NCBI GenBank assembly: GCA_036676805.1
Contig: JAKFCD010000074.1
Location: 40,072-104,071, forward strand
DNA: 64,000 bases
Direction of reading: 5' to 3'
DNA from: Elusimicrobiota bacterium
Lineage (GTDB): Bacteria; Elusimicrobiota; Elusimicrobia; UBA1565; UBA9628
Position 1 is the first letter of the stretch. Every line of letters begins with the position of its first letter. Below, one piece after another: positions 9,384-17,528 of this stretch. The notes below the pieces were generated by a model. The model saw nothing but the letters and a program-made list of their open reading frames with translations, searched no databases and was not told the DNA's origin. A program made the translations under genes and the position numbers.

Positions 9384-9518
9384 GTACCATTTGTTACTGA
9401 TAGGGGCATTTATTTTGGCACCCTTCGGAGGTCCTAGAAAAGACCTATAAGCGGGATCATAATAGGCCTCATCAACGCTTAATGGACGCGAAAGGAGTGA
9501 AATACGCCGAAAAGGCTC

Positions 9519-9980
9519 TTATTTCGCGGTTTGGCGGGCTTTGCGGCGGGCTTCGGCGGCCGCCCAACGCTTCTTCTCGTCCGGCGTTTCCACGAGAAGA
9601 GGCGGGATGGGGGCGGGGCGGCCGTGCTCGTCCACGGCGACCATGGTGACGAGGCAGGTGTTGGTGTGGACCCGGCTGCCGCCGGGCATGTCCTCGGCGT
9701 AGACCTCGACGCCGATCTCCATCGAACTGCGGCCGGTGTGGTTGACCTGGGCCTTGGCGATCAGGAAGGTGCCCACGTGGATGGGGACCAGGAACTCGAC
9801 GCGCTCCATGGCCACGGTCACGCAGGGTTTGCCCGAGTGGCGCATGGCGCACACCGAGGCGGCCTTGTCCACCATCTGCAGGACCTTGCCGCCGAAGACG
9901 GTGCCGTGCATGTTGGCGTCCGGGGGGAACATCAGGTCGGCGACGTCGGAGACGGAGTCGCGTGAGGGCTTAGCGGTCAT
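9519..9980 (-). CDS. acyl-CoA thioesterase (hotdog fold, YciA-like)
   Basis: 153 aa. HGTVFGGKVLQMVDKAASVCAMRHSG...VTVAMERVEFLVPIHVGTFL is typical of YciA-type thioesterases. Confidence 0.8.
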   Translation of the reverse strand: MTAKPSRDSVSDVADLMFPPDANMHGTVFGGKVLQMVDKAASVCAMRHSGKPCVTVAMERVEFLVPIHVGTFLIAKAQVNHTGRSSMEIGVEVYAEDMPGGSRVHTNTCLVTMVAVDEHGRPAPIPPLLVETPDEKKRWAAAEARRKARQTAK

Positions 9981-10754
9981 AGAGTCTCGGCCGGCGGTCC
10001 TCGAAGAGGTCGCAGGCGGGATGGACCTTCTTGTTCTTGGCCGTCCAGGCGTCGATCGTGACGACCGCCGCGGCCGGCTGCTCGGGACCGAGGCGGACGA
10101 GCAGGGTGCCGTTGGGGGAGACCATCTGGGACTGGCCGATGTAGCGCAGGCCGCGCTCGACTCCGACCCGGTTGGCCGTCGCGGAGAAGACCCGGTTCTC
10201 CAGCGAGCGGATCTTCATCCCCTCGGGCGCCCACGGGAGGACCAGGTTCGAGGGGTGGGCGATGATCTCGGCCCCCTTGAGGGCCAGGGTCCGGGCGGCC
10301 TCGGGGAAGAACCAGTCGAAGCAGACCATCACGCCGACCGACACGCCCTTGACCTTCTCGGTCCAGAAGCCCGTGTCGCCGGGCGCGAAGAACTTCTTCT
10401 CGCCGCCGAACAGGTGGGTCTTGCGGTAGACCCGGCTCTTGCCGCCCTGCGCCAGGACCGCCGAGTTGTACAGCTTCGAGCCCGCTTTCTCGGGGAAGCC
10501 CGCGACGATGGCGCAATCGCGGCTCGCGGCGTAGGCGCGCAGCAAGCCGACCAGCGGGCCGCTCGCCGTCTCGGCGCACTTCGCCGCTTCCTTCTTGTTC
10601 TTGAAGTTGTACCCGGAGGCGAAAAACTCGGGAAGCACCCAAAGGTCGGCCTCCTGCCTGTCCATCAGCTCGAAGCACGCCTTGAGGTTCTGCGGCGCCT
10701 TGAGGAACTTCGGCGAATTTTGCACGACCCCGAGTCGAAATTCCATGGCGGCCA
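9970..10754 (-). CDS. carbon-nitrogen hydrolase family protein (nitrilase superfamily)
   Basis: MEFRLGVVQNSPKF...VLPEFFASGYNF...RKTHLFGGEKKFFAPGD...VGVMVCFDWFFPE carries the Glu, Lys and Cys catalytic-triad context. The table ORF starts at a TTG inside the palindromic element, so I prefer the MAAMEF Met near 10754 (within about 3 nt). Confidence 0.75.
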
Positions 10755-10767
10755 TCGTATCAAAAAT

Positions 10768-10839
10768 AGGGGTCAGACCTCCCGTTGTTGCAATGCCGGG
10801 GTCTGACCCCAACAACGCAACAACGGGAGGTCTGACCCC
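10768..10839. promoter_or_regulatory. array of three 13-bp palindromes GGGGTC(A/T)GACC(C/T)C at about 30-bp spacing, with flanking inverted repeats, in a divergent promoter region
   Basis: Copy 1 ggggtcagacctc (10768-10780), copy 2 ggggtctgacccc (about 10798-10810) and copy 3 gaggtctgacccc (10827-10839). Copy 3 is the exact reverse complement of copy 1. tcccgttgttgc and gcaacaacggga form a further inverted pair. The array lies between the divergent nitrilase-family and methyltransferase genes. Confidence 0.5.
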
Positions 10840-10860
10840 TTAAATTTATAGAATCCGCGG

Positions 10861-11682
10861 GTGAGCAAGAAAGAGGCGCTGTCCTGGTGGCGGATGCACC
10901 TCGAGGACGACCCTCGGCGGCCCCACTCCCAGGTCAAGACGCAGATCGACGGCGTGGAGCGCTTCATGCGCCTGGAGCCGCGCTCGCGCGTGCTCGACCT
11001 CGGCTGCGGCTCGGGGCGGCGCACCATCGAGCTCGCCCGGCGGGGCCACCGGGTCCTCGGCGTGGACCCCGACGAGCGCGCCCTCGCCGTCGCGCGGGCC
11101 TCGGCCAAGGGCGAGAAGCTCAACGTCCACTTCATGAAGGCCGACACGCGCGCGATCCCTTACCGCGGCGAGATCGACGCCGTGGTGAGCCTCGACGGCG
11201 CCTTCGGCCAGCTGGCCAACGACCGCGACGACCTGCGCTGCCTCGAGGCCGCGCGCAAGGCGCTGAAGCCCTCCGGGCTTCTCCTGCTCGATACGCTTAA
11301 TAAGGAATGGCTCATGCGCCACTTCGAGCCTAACTACTGGGAGCAGGGCGAGGAGCGCAAGAGCTCGGTCGTGCTCGACCGGATCGGCTTCGACTTCGAG
11401 CGCGGGCGCCTGGACAACCGCCGCGTCATCGTCGACGCCGACGGCACGCGCACCCCTTCGTTCATCAGCGTGCGGGTCTACGCGCTGACCGAGCTCAAGG
11501 CCCAGCTCGAGCGCGCGGGCCTGAAGTATCTCCAGAGCTGGGGCGCCTTCGACGGCTCGGCCTACGGCATGGACAGCGCCCGGACGATCGTGCTGGCCGA
11601 GCGTCCCCCGGAGCGCTCGACGAAGCCCGCCGACCCCGACGAGCCGCCGACCGCGATCCGCATCAAGGGGCGCAAGAGGTGA
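10861..11682 (+). CDS. class I SAM-dependent methyltransferase
   Basis: 273 aa with a GTG start. It carries the VLDLGCGSGRRTIELARRGHRVLGVDPDERAL motif I. Its stop overlaps the next gene (GTGA). Confidence 0.85.
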   Translation: MSKKEALSWWRMHLEDDPRRPHSQVKTQIDGVERFMRLEPRSRVLDLGCGSGRRTIELARRGHRVLGVDPDERALAVARASAKGEKLNVHFMKADTRAIPYRGEIDAVVSLDGAFGQLANDRDDLRCLEAARKALKPSGLLLLDTLNKEWLMRHFEPNYWEQGEERKSSVVLDRIGFDFERGRLDNRRVIVDADGTRTPSFISVRVYALTELKAQLERAGLKYLQSWGAFDGSAYGMDSARTIVLAERPPERSTKPADPDEPPTAIRIKGRKR

Positions 11683-13001
11683 GGCGCCGCGCCGCCCCCG
11701 CGCTCGGCGCCGGGGCGGCGCTGGCGGCCATGCTCTTCGCCTCGCGCCTGCCCGTCACGCTCGACTTCATCCTCCCGCGCCGCGCCGGCTGGCCTTTGTT
11801 CCAGGCCGCGCACGAGGCGCTTTCGCGCCCCGGCCCGCGCGCGGCCTTCACCGTTGCGGTTTCCCTCCTCATGCTCGCCTCTCTGGCGCGGTTTTTATGG
11901 CTGCTTGGCGCCGCGGTCCGCGGACGGACCTGGTCTGGGAAGGAATTCCTCGCGCGGGGACTGCTCGTCGCGCTCGTCCTGCTCTTGACGCGCTGGTCCT
12001 TCGCGATCTGGTTCGAGGTGTCCCAAAAAGTCTGGTTCCCATTCGGCTCGCTGAACGTCCTGGAGCCGCTCGCGAACCTTCTCGTCTGCGCCGCGATCGT
12101 GTTTTGCGCCATGAGCGCCGCGCTCGCGAGCCTCTCGCCCCGGCCGGCGCCGCTTCGGGGGCTGGCGGCGTGGACGGCGGCCAACGCCCTGGCCGCCCTC
12201 GCGGCGTTCTCCTTGTACGGGGCCTGGTCGATCGAGGCGGCGCCCGCGGAAAGCCGCCGTCTGTTCGTAGTCCTGACCGAGGAGGAAGGGCGGCCCGGCC
12301 AGGCCGCCTACGACCTGCCGGTGGCGGCCGAACCGGACGTCGCGAAGGCCGGGGTCCATCGGCTCGGGTCGCTGCGCGCGCTCTACGAGCGGCGGGCCAA
12401 GCTCATGGATCCCGCAGGCCTGAGGAGCGCGCTGATGCTCGGCGTGAAGCATCACGACGAACTCGCGCGCTCGCTCCTGCTCGAACATCTCTCCGTCGCT
12501 CCGCCCTCACAGGGCGCGCTCGGGGCCCTGGGAGCGCTCGCCGACGAGACCGCGCACCGCATCGGGCCGATGGGGGCCTCGCGCATCGCCTTGGCCTACG
12601 CCCGCCTCGGCGACGCGGCCCAGGCCGCGGTGTGGGCGCGGCGCGCGGCCGAGGGGCCGCGGGGCATACCGGCCGGCCTGCTCGACCTGACGGGCGGCGG
12701 GGCGCTGGCGCGCGGGCGCGTCTCCGGGAAAATCGAGGGCCTCAAGCCCTTGAGTATCGGGCTGTACCGGAAAGCCGATCCCGCCGCGCCCTACCTCCTC
12801 GACGCCGCCGCCCTCGTCGCGTCCACGGAGCCCGACGCCCGGGGGCGCTTCTCGTTCACCGGGCTTCAGGCGGGCCGCTACTACCTCGCCTTCGCCTTCG
12901 AGGTCCCGGGCCGGGAGCTCCGCGTGCGCGGCCATCGCGGGGACCTGACGCTCGACGCGCGAAAGCCCGCCCTCGAGCTTGCCCCGTTGTCCGTCAAGTA
13001 G
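11679..13001 (+). CDS. polytopic membrane protein with a C-terminal carboxypeptidase-regulatory-like beta-sandwich domain
   Basis: 440 aa with several hydrophobic helices in the first 200 aa. The C-terminus reads ARGRFSFTGLQAGRYYLAFAFEVPG, CarboxypepD_reg-like. It is translationally coupled to the methyltransferase. Confidence 0.65.
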   Translation: MRRRAAPALGAGAALAAMLFASRLPVTLDFILPRRAGWPLFQAAHEALSRPGPRAAFTVAVSLLMLASLARFLWLLGAAVRGRTWSGKEFLARGLLVALVLLLTRWSFAIWFEVSQKVWFPFGSLNVLEPLANLLVCAAIVFCAMSAALASLSPRPAPLRGLAAWTAANALAALAAFSLYGAWSIEAAPAESRRLFVVLTEEEGRPGQAAYDLPVAAEPDVAKAGVHRLGSLRALYERRAKLMDPAGLRSALMLGVKHHDELARSLLLEHLSVAPPSQGALGALGALADETAHRIGPMGASRIALAYARLGDAAQAAVWARRAAEGPRGIPAGLLDLTGGGALARGRVSGKIEGLKPLSIGLYRKADPAAPYLLDAAALVASTEPDARGRFSFTGLQAGRYYLAFAFEVPGRELRVRGHRGDLTLDARKPALELAPLSVK

Positions 13002-13053
13002 GGGGCCGAAGTGCCCATGGCGGATCGGGCGTCCTTGCCTTATAATGGTGCCC

Positions 13054-14721
13054 ATGGCGACCCCTCTCGCTCGTACCCTCGCGCTGGCCGTCCTGCTCGC
13101 CCTCCCGTCCTCCGCGGCCGTCGTGGGCCGCGCTCCGTTGTCCTCCGCGCTCGGCATGGCCCAGGCCGCGCCCGCCTTCCAGGCCTCCGTTCTCGCTCAG
13201 GTCCAGCAGGTCGCCTCCCTGAGCGGCCAGCCCGCCGCGACCATCTCCCTCTCTGCGCTCACCGCCGCGATCGCCGCTCCCGCTCCCGCCTCCGACCCGT
13301 GGCGCCCGGAGGCCGCGCGTCTGGTGACCGCCCTCATCGCCCAGCCTCAGGCCCTCTCCCGGCATAAGGAGGAGATCCGCGCCGCGCTCGGCGAGCGGAA
13401 CTACGAGCGCTTGGCGAGGTCCGCCAGCCGCTTCGCCTCGAAAGCCGCGGCGAGCCCCGCGCTTCAGGAGCAGCTGGCCGGCGTCCGCCGGGATCTCGAC
13501 CTCGAAGACCCCGCGTCCGTCGAAGGGCTCTCCTCCCGGCTCAATGCCCTCTTTGAGAACTCCCGCGCTCAGCCCGGGTCCCCCGAGGCCGTCGCCGCCG
13601 GGGAGGGCGGGACGCGCAAGCCGCTCGTCTCGTTGGTCCGCCCCGGGGAGACGCCGATCATGTCTCCGGAGGAGCTCGAGGCGTACGTCGCCGCGCGTTC
13701 GGTGACCACCCCTCGCGGCATGAGGCGCGTGAACTTCGCCTCGGGCGACTACAAGCCCGCCTACGACGCCGCCCTCCGGCGCCTGGGGATCGACGTCGTC
13801 GTCATCAAGGCCCCCTCCCGCGCCGAGCTGGCCGCCCTCAAGGAGGAGGACGGCTACCACTTCAAATCCGAGTACCAGCGCTGGGTCATGACCACGCGCA
13901 CCCTCGAGGAGCACAAGGCCGCTTTGGGCAAGGCCCAGCGCGTGCGCCAGTTCGAGAACCAGCTCGCCGCCAGCGGGAAGATCCGCACCGAGATCGTCCC
14001 GCTGACCGTCGAGGATTTCGAGCGCTGGCATCCAATCTACGAGGACGAGGTCGTCGGCAAGCCCGGCGGCAAGCGCAACGTCGCGCTCGACTTCGCGCGC
14101 AAGCAGGCCGAGAAAGGCGCGCTCGAGGGCTGGTACGGGCTGTTCTATTACGACTCCGTCGACAAGACGAAGATCATCGGAGGGGTGATCATGAAGGCCT
14201 GGCCGGAGCGCGGCATGTTCGTGCTCGGCTACGCGGCGTACCGCCCCGAGCTCAAGGACGTCAATCCCTCCGTGCGCACCTTCGCGGAGTCGATGGGGCT
14301 GGCCCGGAGCCTTGGCTACCCGGTCCTCAGCTTCGGCCAGGACACCAACTTCTTCGGCTACGACTACAGCCTCGGCCTGATGTCGAACAAGGCCGGCTTC
14401 CTGCTCACGCCGTATCCCGAGGACGAGCTCGTCCTGATGAAGGTGCTCGACGCGTCCAAGCCGGCCTCGGTCAAGAACGGGCAAGGCAAGACCGGCGGCT
14501 ACTTCTTCTTCGGCGTCAAGCGGGACAGCCCGGTCGTCGAGCGCTACCTTCAGTCGAAGGAGGCGGGAGCGCCCAAGGAAGCCCAGGACCTGCTCGGCTC
14601 GCAGCGCTACTTCGACGGCGCGGTCGTGCCCGCGGGCGAGACGGTCGTCGGCTGGCACTACAAGGGCGACGACCCGAACCCCCTGCGCGTGCCCGTCGGC
14701 ATCGACGTCAACGAGCGCTGA
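13054..14721 (+). CDS. secreted protein with a C-terminal FemAB/GNAT-fold acyltransferase-like domain (tentative)
   Basis: Signal peptide MATPLARTLALAVLLALPSSAAVVGRA. The C-terminal region GMFVLGYAAYRPELKD...YPVLSFGQDTNFFGYDYSLGLMSNKAGFLLTPYPEDE resembles Acetyltransf_6/FemAB-like folds. A TATAAT sits 8 nt upstream. The alternative start 12979 or 13045 is possible. Confidence 0.55.
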   Translation: MATPLARTLALAVLLALPSSAAVVGRAPLSSALGMAQAAPAFQASVLAQVQQVASLSGQPAATISLSALTAAIAAPAPASDPWRPEAARLVTALIAQPQALSRHKEEIRAALGERNYERLARSASRFASKAAASPALQEQLAGVRRDLDLEDPASVEGLSSRLNALFENSRAQPGSPEAVAAGEGGTRKPLVSLVRPGETPIMSPEELEAYVAARSVTTPRGMRRVNFASGDYKPAYDAALRRLGIDVVVIKAPSRAELAALKEEDGYHFKSEYQRWVMTTRTLEEHKAALGKAQRVRQFENQLAASGKIRTEIVPLTVEDFERWHPIYEDEVVGKPGGKRNVALDFARKQAEKGALEGWYGLFYYDSVDKTKIIGGVIMKAWPERGMFVLGYAAYRPELKDVNPSVRTFAESMGLARSLGYPVLSFGQDTNFFGYDYSLGLMSNKAGFLLTPYPEDELVLMKVLDASKPASVKNGQGKTGGYFFFGVKRDSPVVERYLQSKEAGAPKEAQDLLGSQRYFDGAVVPAGETVVGWHYKGDDPNPLRVPVGIDVNER

Positions 14722-14724
14722 GCG

Positions 14725-16626
14725 TCAGTACAGCGCCGTGTAGGAGTAGCTTTCCTTAGGGTACTTTCGCAGGCGAGCCTGCACCGCGTCCAGGCGCGTC
14801 AGCGGCGCGTCGGGACCGTCGACGAACCCGCCGACCAGGGCCTTGGCGCCCGCGACGTCCCCGGTCGCCTTGACGCGGACGATCTTCTTCATCAGGGCCT
14901 CCACCGCCGCGGGCAGCTTCGCGTAATCGACGGCGAAGCGCTCGACCCCGTCGAGCCCCGCCTTCCACTCGAGCGCGCCGGCCTTGACGAAGGTTCCGAT
15001 CTGCACGGCGGCGAGCTGGCTGTAGGGCTTGGGCGCGCCGCCCTCGGTGGTCATGCCGTTGGAGATGTGGCCGAAGCACCACGCGAGCTCGTGGGCGTAG
15101 ATCTCGCGCGCGAGGCGGTCGGAGACGACCCCCTTGCGCCGGAGCAGCTCGACGTACCACAGCGCCCCGGTCTGGGCCTTGAGCTCCTCGAGCACGCCCT
15201 CAAGGCGCCCGCCGAAGATCTCGGCGGCGGTCCGCCCCTTGACCTTGGAGTCGCTGTGCGGCCCGAGGTTGTGGGTCGCCTCGTGCAGGATGGTCCCGAT
15301 CAGGCCGGCGTCCTTGGCGGAGGAGTAGCTCTCCATGGCCCGCGCGTCGAGCATCTCGCCCGCCTTCAGCCGCGCCGTCTTCCTGGAGTCGGCGTCCTCG
15401 AACAAGTTGGTCATGACCACGGTGCGCCGGCGGTTTTCCTCGGCGACCTTCCCCCAGTTGGGCAGGGACTGTCCGACGGTCGCGCCCAGCGGAGGCTTGG
15501 AATCGCCGCTGTTGAGCACGATCTCGATGAAATCGGGCAGGGCGAAGGCGACCGGCCGGGCCTCATAGGCGCCGCCGGAGAGCTTGGCCAAGGCGTCCTC
15601 CATCTCCTGGCGCAGGGGCGTGAGCTTGTCCTGCCAGGCCAGCGACGCGGCGTCGATGCGCGCGAAGGAGACGTGAAAGCCCGCCTTCTCCTGGCACGGG
15701 TCGAACTCGACCTCGTCGGGAGCGACGCGCAGGTACCACTTGCTGTTGCGGGCGTTCATGCGCGACCAGGCCTCGTCGGCCTCCTCCCAGTCACCGGTCT
15801 CGAAGCCGGCGGCGGCCGCGAGGAGGTAGGATCTGAGAGCGGCCTCGCCGCTTCCCTGCGAGTCGGCCGCGGCGCGCAGCTCGTCGGCGACTAGCGCCAT
15901 CCGCGGGCCGTACGCCTCGACTAAGGACACGGCGGCGAGCTTCCCGTTTTTCTCGCGCACGACCGTGAACGGATCCAGAAGGGCCTTGCCGTCGGGACGG
16001 GCCCTGAGCGCGTCGCACATGGCGCCGTCCTGCGCCAGCGTCTCGGGATAGGCGTCGGACTTGCGGGCCGGAAAGGAAGGCACGGCGCTGCAGAAGGGAT
16101 CGCCCTGCGTCGCGGGAGCCTCGCACCAGGGCCCGTGGTTGCGCTCGTACAGGGCCAGCGAGGCCGCGTCCTCGGGAACCAAGGACGCGAGCCAGCGCCG
16201 ACCGCCCTTTTGCACGGCGTACAGTTCATCGATGATCCGGCCGGCCGCGACGATCCGGCGCACGAGCTCGCGCTCGGACTCGGGCGCCGAGCGGAAGTCG
16301 CTGAGAATGAGGTTGGGGCGCCCCTGATCGAGCTCCTTGCGCACGGCCTCGCGCCGGCGCTCCTCCACCAGGAACTTATAGGCGTGCTCGAACTCGGCGG
16401 TGAACTTCCCCTCCGCGACGAAGCGGGAGAGCGCCTCGTCGTCGCCGACCCCGGCCAGGTCGCCCGGGCGCAAGGTCGCCGTGTCGTGCTCCACCGGCAG
16501 CCAGAACAGCGGCAAGCCCGTCTGCGCGGCCAGGCGGTTGAAGTCCGAGCGGGGAAGGGCGGGCGCTGCGAGCGCGGCGGCGGGAAACGCGGCGGCCAGG
16601 AGAAGGAGCGAGAGGGGCTTGATCAT
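14725..16626 (-). CDS. secreted HExxH zinc metallopeptidase, possibly DPP III (M49)-like
   Basis: 633 aa with a signal peptide (MIKPLSLLLLAAAFPAAALAAPA). It has the HEATH (HExxH) motif followed about 30 aa later by EELKAQ, which resembles the bacterial DPP III second motif EExRAE. Confidence 0.6.
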   Translation of the reverse strand: MIKPLSLLLLAAAFPAAALAAPALPRSDFNRLAAQTGLPLFWLPVEHDTATLRPGDLAGVGDDEALSRFVAEGKFTAEFEHAYKFLVEERRREAVRKELDQGRPNLILSDFRSAPESERELVRRIVAAGRIIDELYAVQKGGRRWLASLVPEDAASLALYERNHGPWCEAPATQGDPFCSAVPSFPARKSDAYPETLAQDGAMCDALRARPDGKALLDPFTVVREKNGKLAAVSLVEAYGPRMALVADELRAAADSQGSGEAALRSYLLAAAAGFETGDWEEADEAWSRMNARNSKWYLRVAPDEVEFDPCQEKAGFHVSFARIDAASLAWQDKLTPLRQEMEDALAKLSGGAYEARPVAFALPDFIEIVLNSGDSKPPLGATVGQSLPNWGKVAEENRRRTVVMTNLFEDADSRKTARLKAGEMLDARAMESYSSAKDAGLIGTILHEATHNLGPHSDSKVKGRTAAEIFGGRLEGVLEELKAQTGALWYVELLRRKGVVSDRLAREIYAHELAWCFGHISNGMTTEGGAPKPYSQLAAVQIGTFVKAGALEWKAGLDGVERFAVDYAKLPAAVEALMKKIVRVKATGDVAGAKALVGGFVDGPDAPLTRLDAVQARLRKYPKESYSYTALY

Positions 16627-16677
16627 GACCGAAGGTTAGCACTGTTGGGCGGAATCCGGCAAAGAAAATCCGCCCCG

Positions 16678-16710
16678 GCCGGCGCCGGAGGACCGTCCTC
16701 CGGCGCCGGC
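16678..16710. terminator. perfect 15-bp-stem GC hairpin (terminator of the 16735..17424 gene)
   Basis: gccggcgccggagga-ccg-tcctccggcgccggc is a perfect palindrome. It lies between the stop of the 229-aa gene and the start of the peptidase gene. Confidence 0.5.
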
Positions 16711-16734
16711 GGGACTCAAGTATTATCGCACCGG

Positions 16735-17424
16735 TTAGGGCGCGGTCTCCTCGGTGCTCTCCTGCTCCATATCCTGACGGGTCTCCGGGGTCATCTCGGA
16801 CCCTTCCGGGGCGCCGCCCTGCTGGGTGAAGATCAGGCCGTCGAGATAAGGCGAGGACTTTCCGGCCTTCTCGAGCGACTGCACCTGCTTGGCGAAGGAG
16901 CGGGCGTCCGAGACGGTCCGCTGGCCCTTGATGATGTCGTCGGCCAGGTTCAAGGTCAGGAAATTCATGCGCTCGCTGTCGGATCGGGAGGACAGCTCGC
17001 CCGCGGCCCGGTCGACCTTGAGTCGCTTGTCGAATTTCTCGAGATCCGCGACCTTTTCCTCGGGGACTTCCCGGTTGATGACCTGCTCCAGATGATCCCG
17101 GCTTTTCCCGATCATCGGGCGCGTGAGTCCCTCCTTGTGCATGACGGTCCTCTTCCAGGGGCCGTTATCCGTCCAGACCAGCTGATTGTCCTCGACCGTG
17201 CTCGGCTCCCCGTAGCGGTCGATCAGCATCCTCGCGTCGGCCTGGACCTTCTTCGGCCAATTCTGAATCACCGATTCCGCCGACCGGCTCTCGCCGGACA
17301 TCTCGGTCTCGGGCATGGTCCCGGCTTCGGTCTGCGCGTGAACGATTCCGGCCGCGGACGCCAGGACCGCGGCCAAGCCCAGGCCCGCGATACGGCGCCG
17401 GCTCAAGCTCTTGAATTTGATCAT
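16735..17424 (-). CDS. secreted hypothetical protein
   Basis: 229 aa with a signal peptide (MIKFKSLSRRRIAGLGLAAVLASAAGIVHA). GC is lower (about 62%) but GC3 is coding-like. I recognise no family. Confidence 0.6.
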   Translation of the reverse strand: MIKFKSLSRRRIAGLGLAAVLASAAGIVHAQTEAGTMPETEMSGESRSAESVIQNWPKKVQADARMLIDRYGEPSTVEDNQLVWTDNGPWKRTVMHKEGLTRPMIGKSRDHLEQVINREVPEEKVADLEKFDKRLKVDRAAGELSSRSDSERMNFLTLNLADDIIKGQRTVSDARSFAKQVQSLEKAGKSSPYLDGLIFTQQGGAPEGSEMTPETRQDMEQESTEETAP

Positions 17425-17528
17425 CGTGTTACCTCCTCAGGAAATTATCAGCCGAGGCGCATTATATCCAGGGGCCGCGACGCCGGCCATGGAGGCCGGG
17501 CAACCGTTTGATGCCGGAGGTGTGGCGG

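Noticed and set aside
9076-9390. 104-aa version of the cold-shock ORF
   Set aside because: The first 38 codons are Arg-rich and read through the 5' UTR and promoter. The canonical CspA N-terminus MQGKVKWFN starts at the internal ATG 9276.
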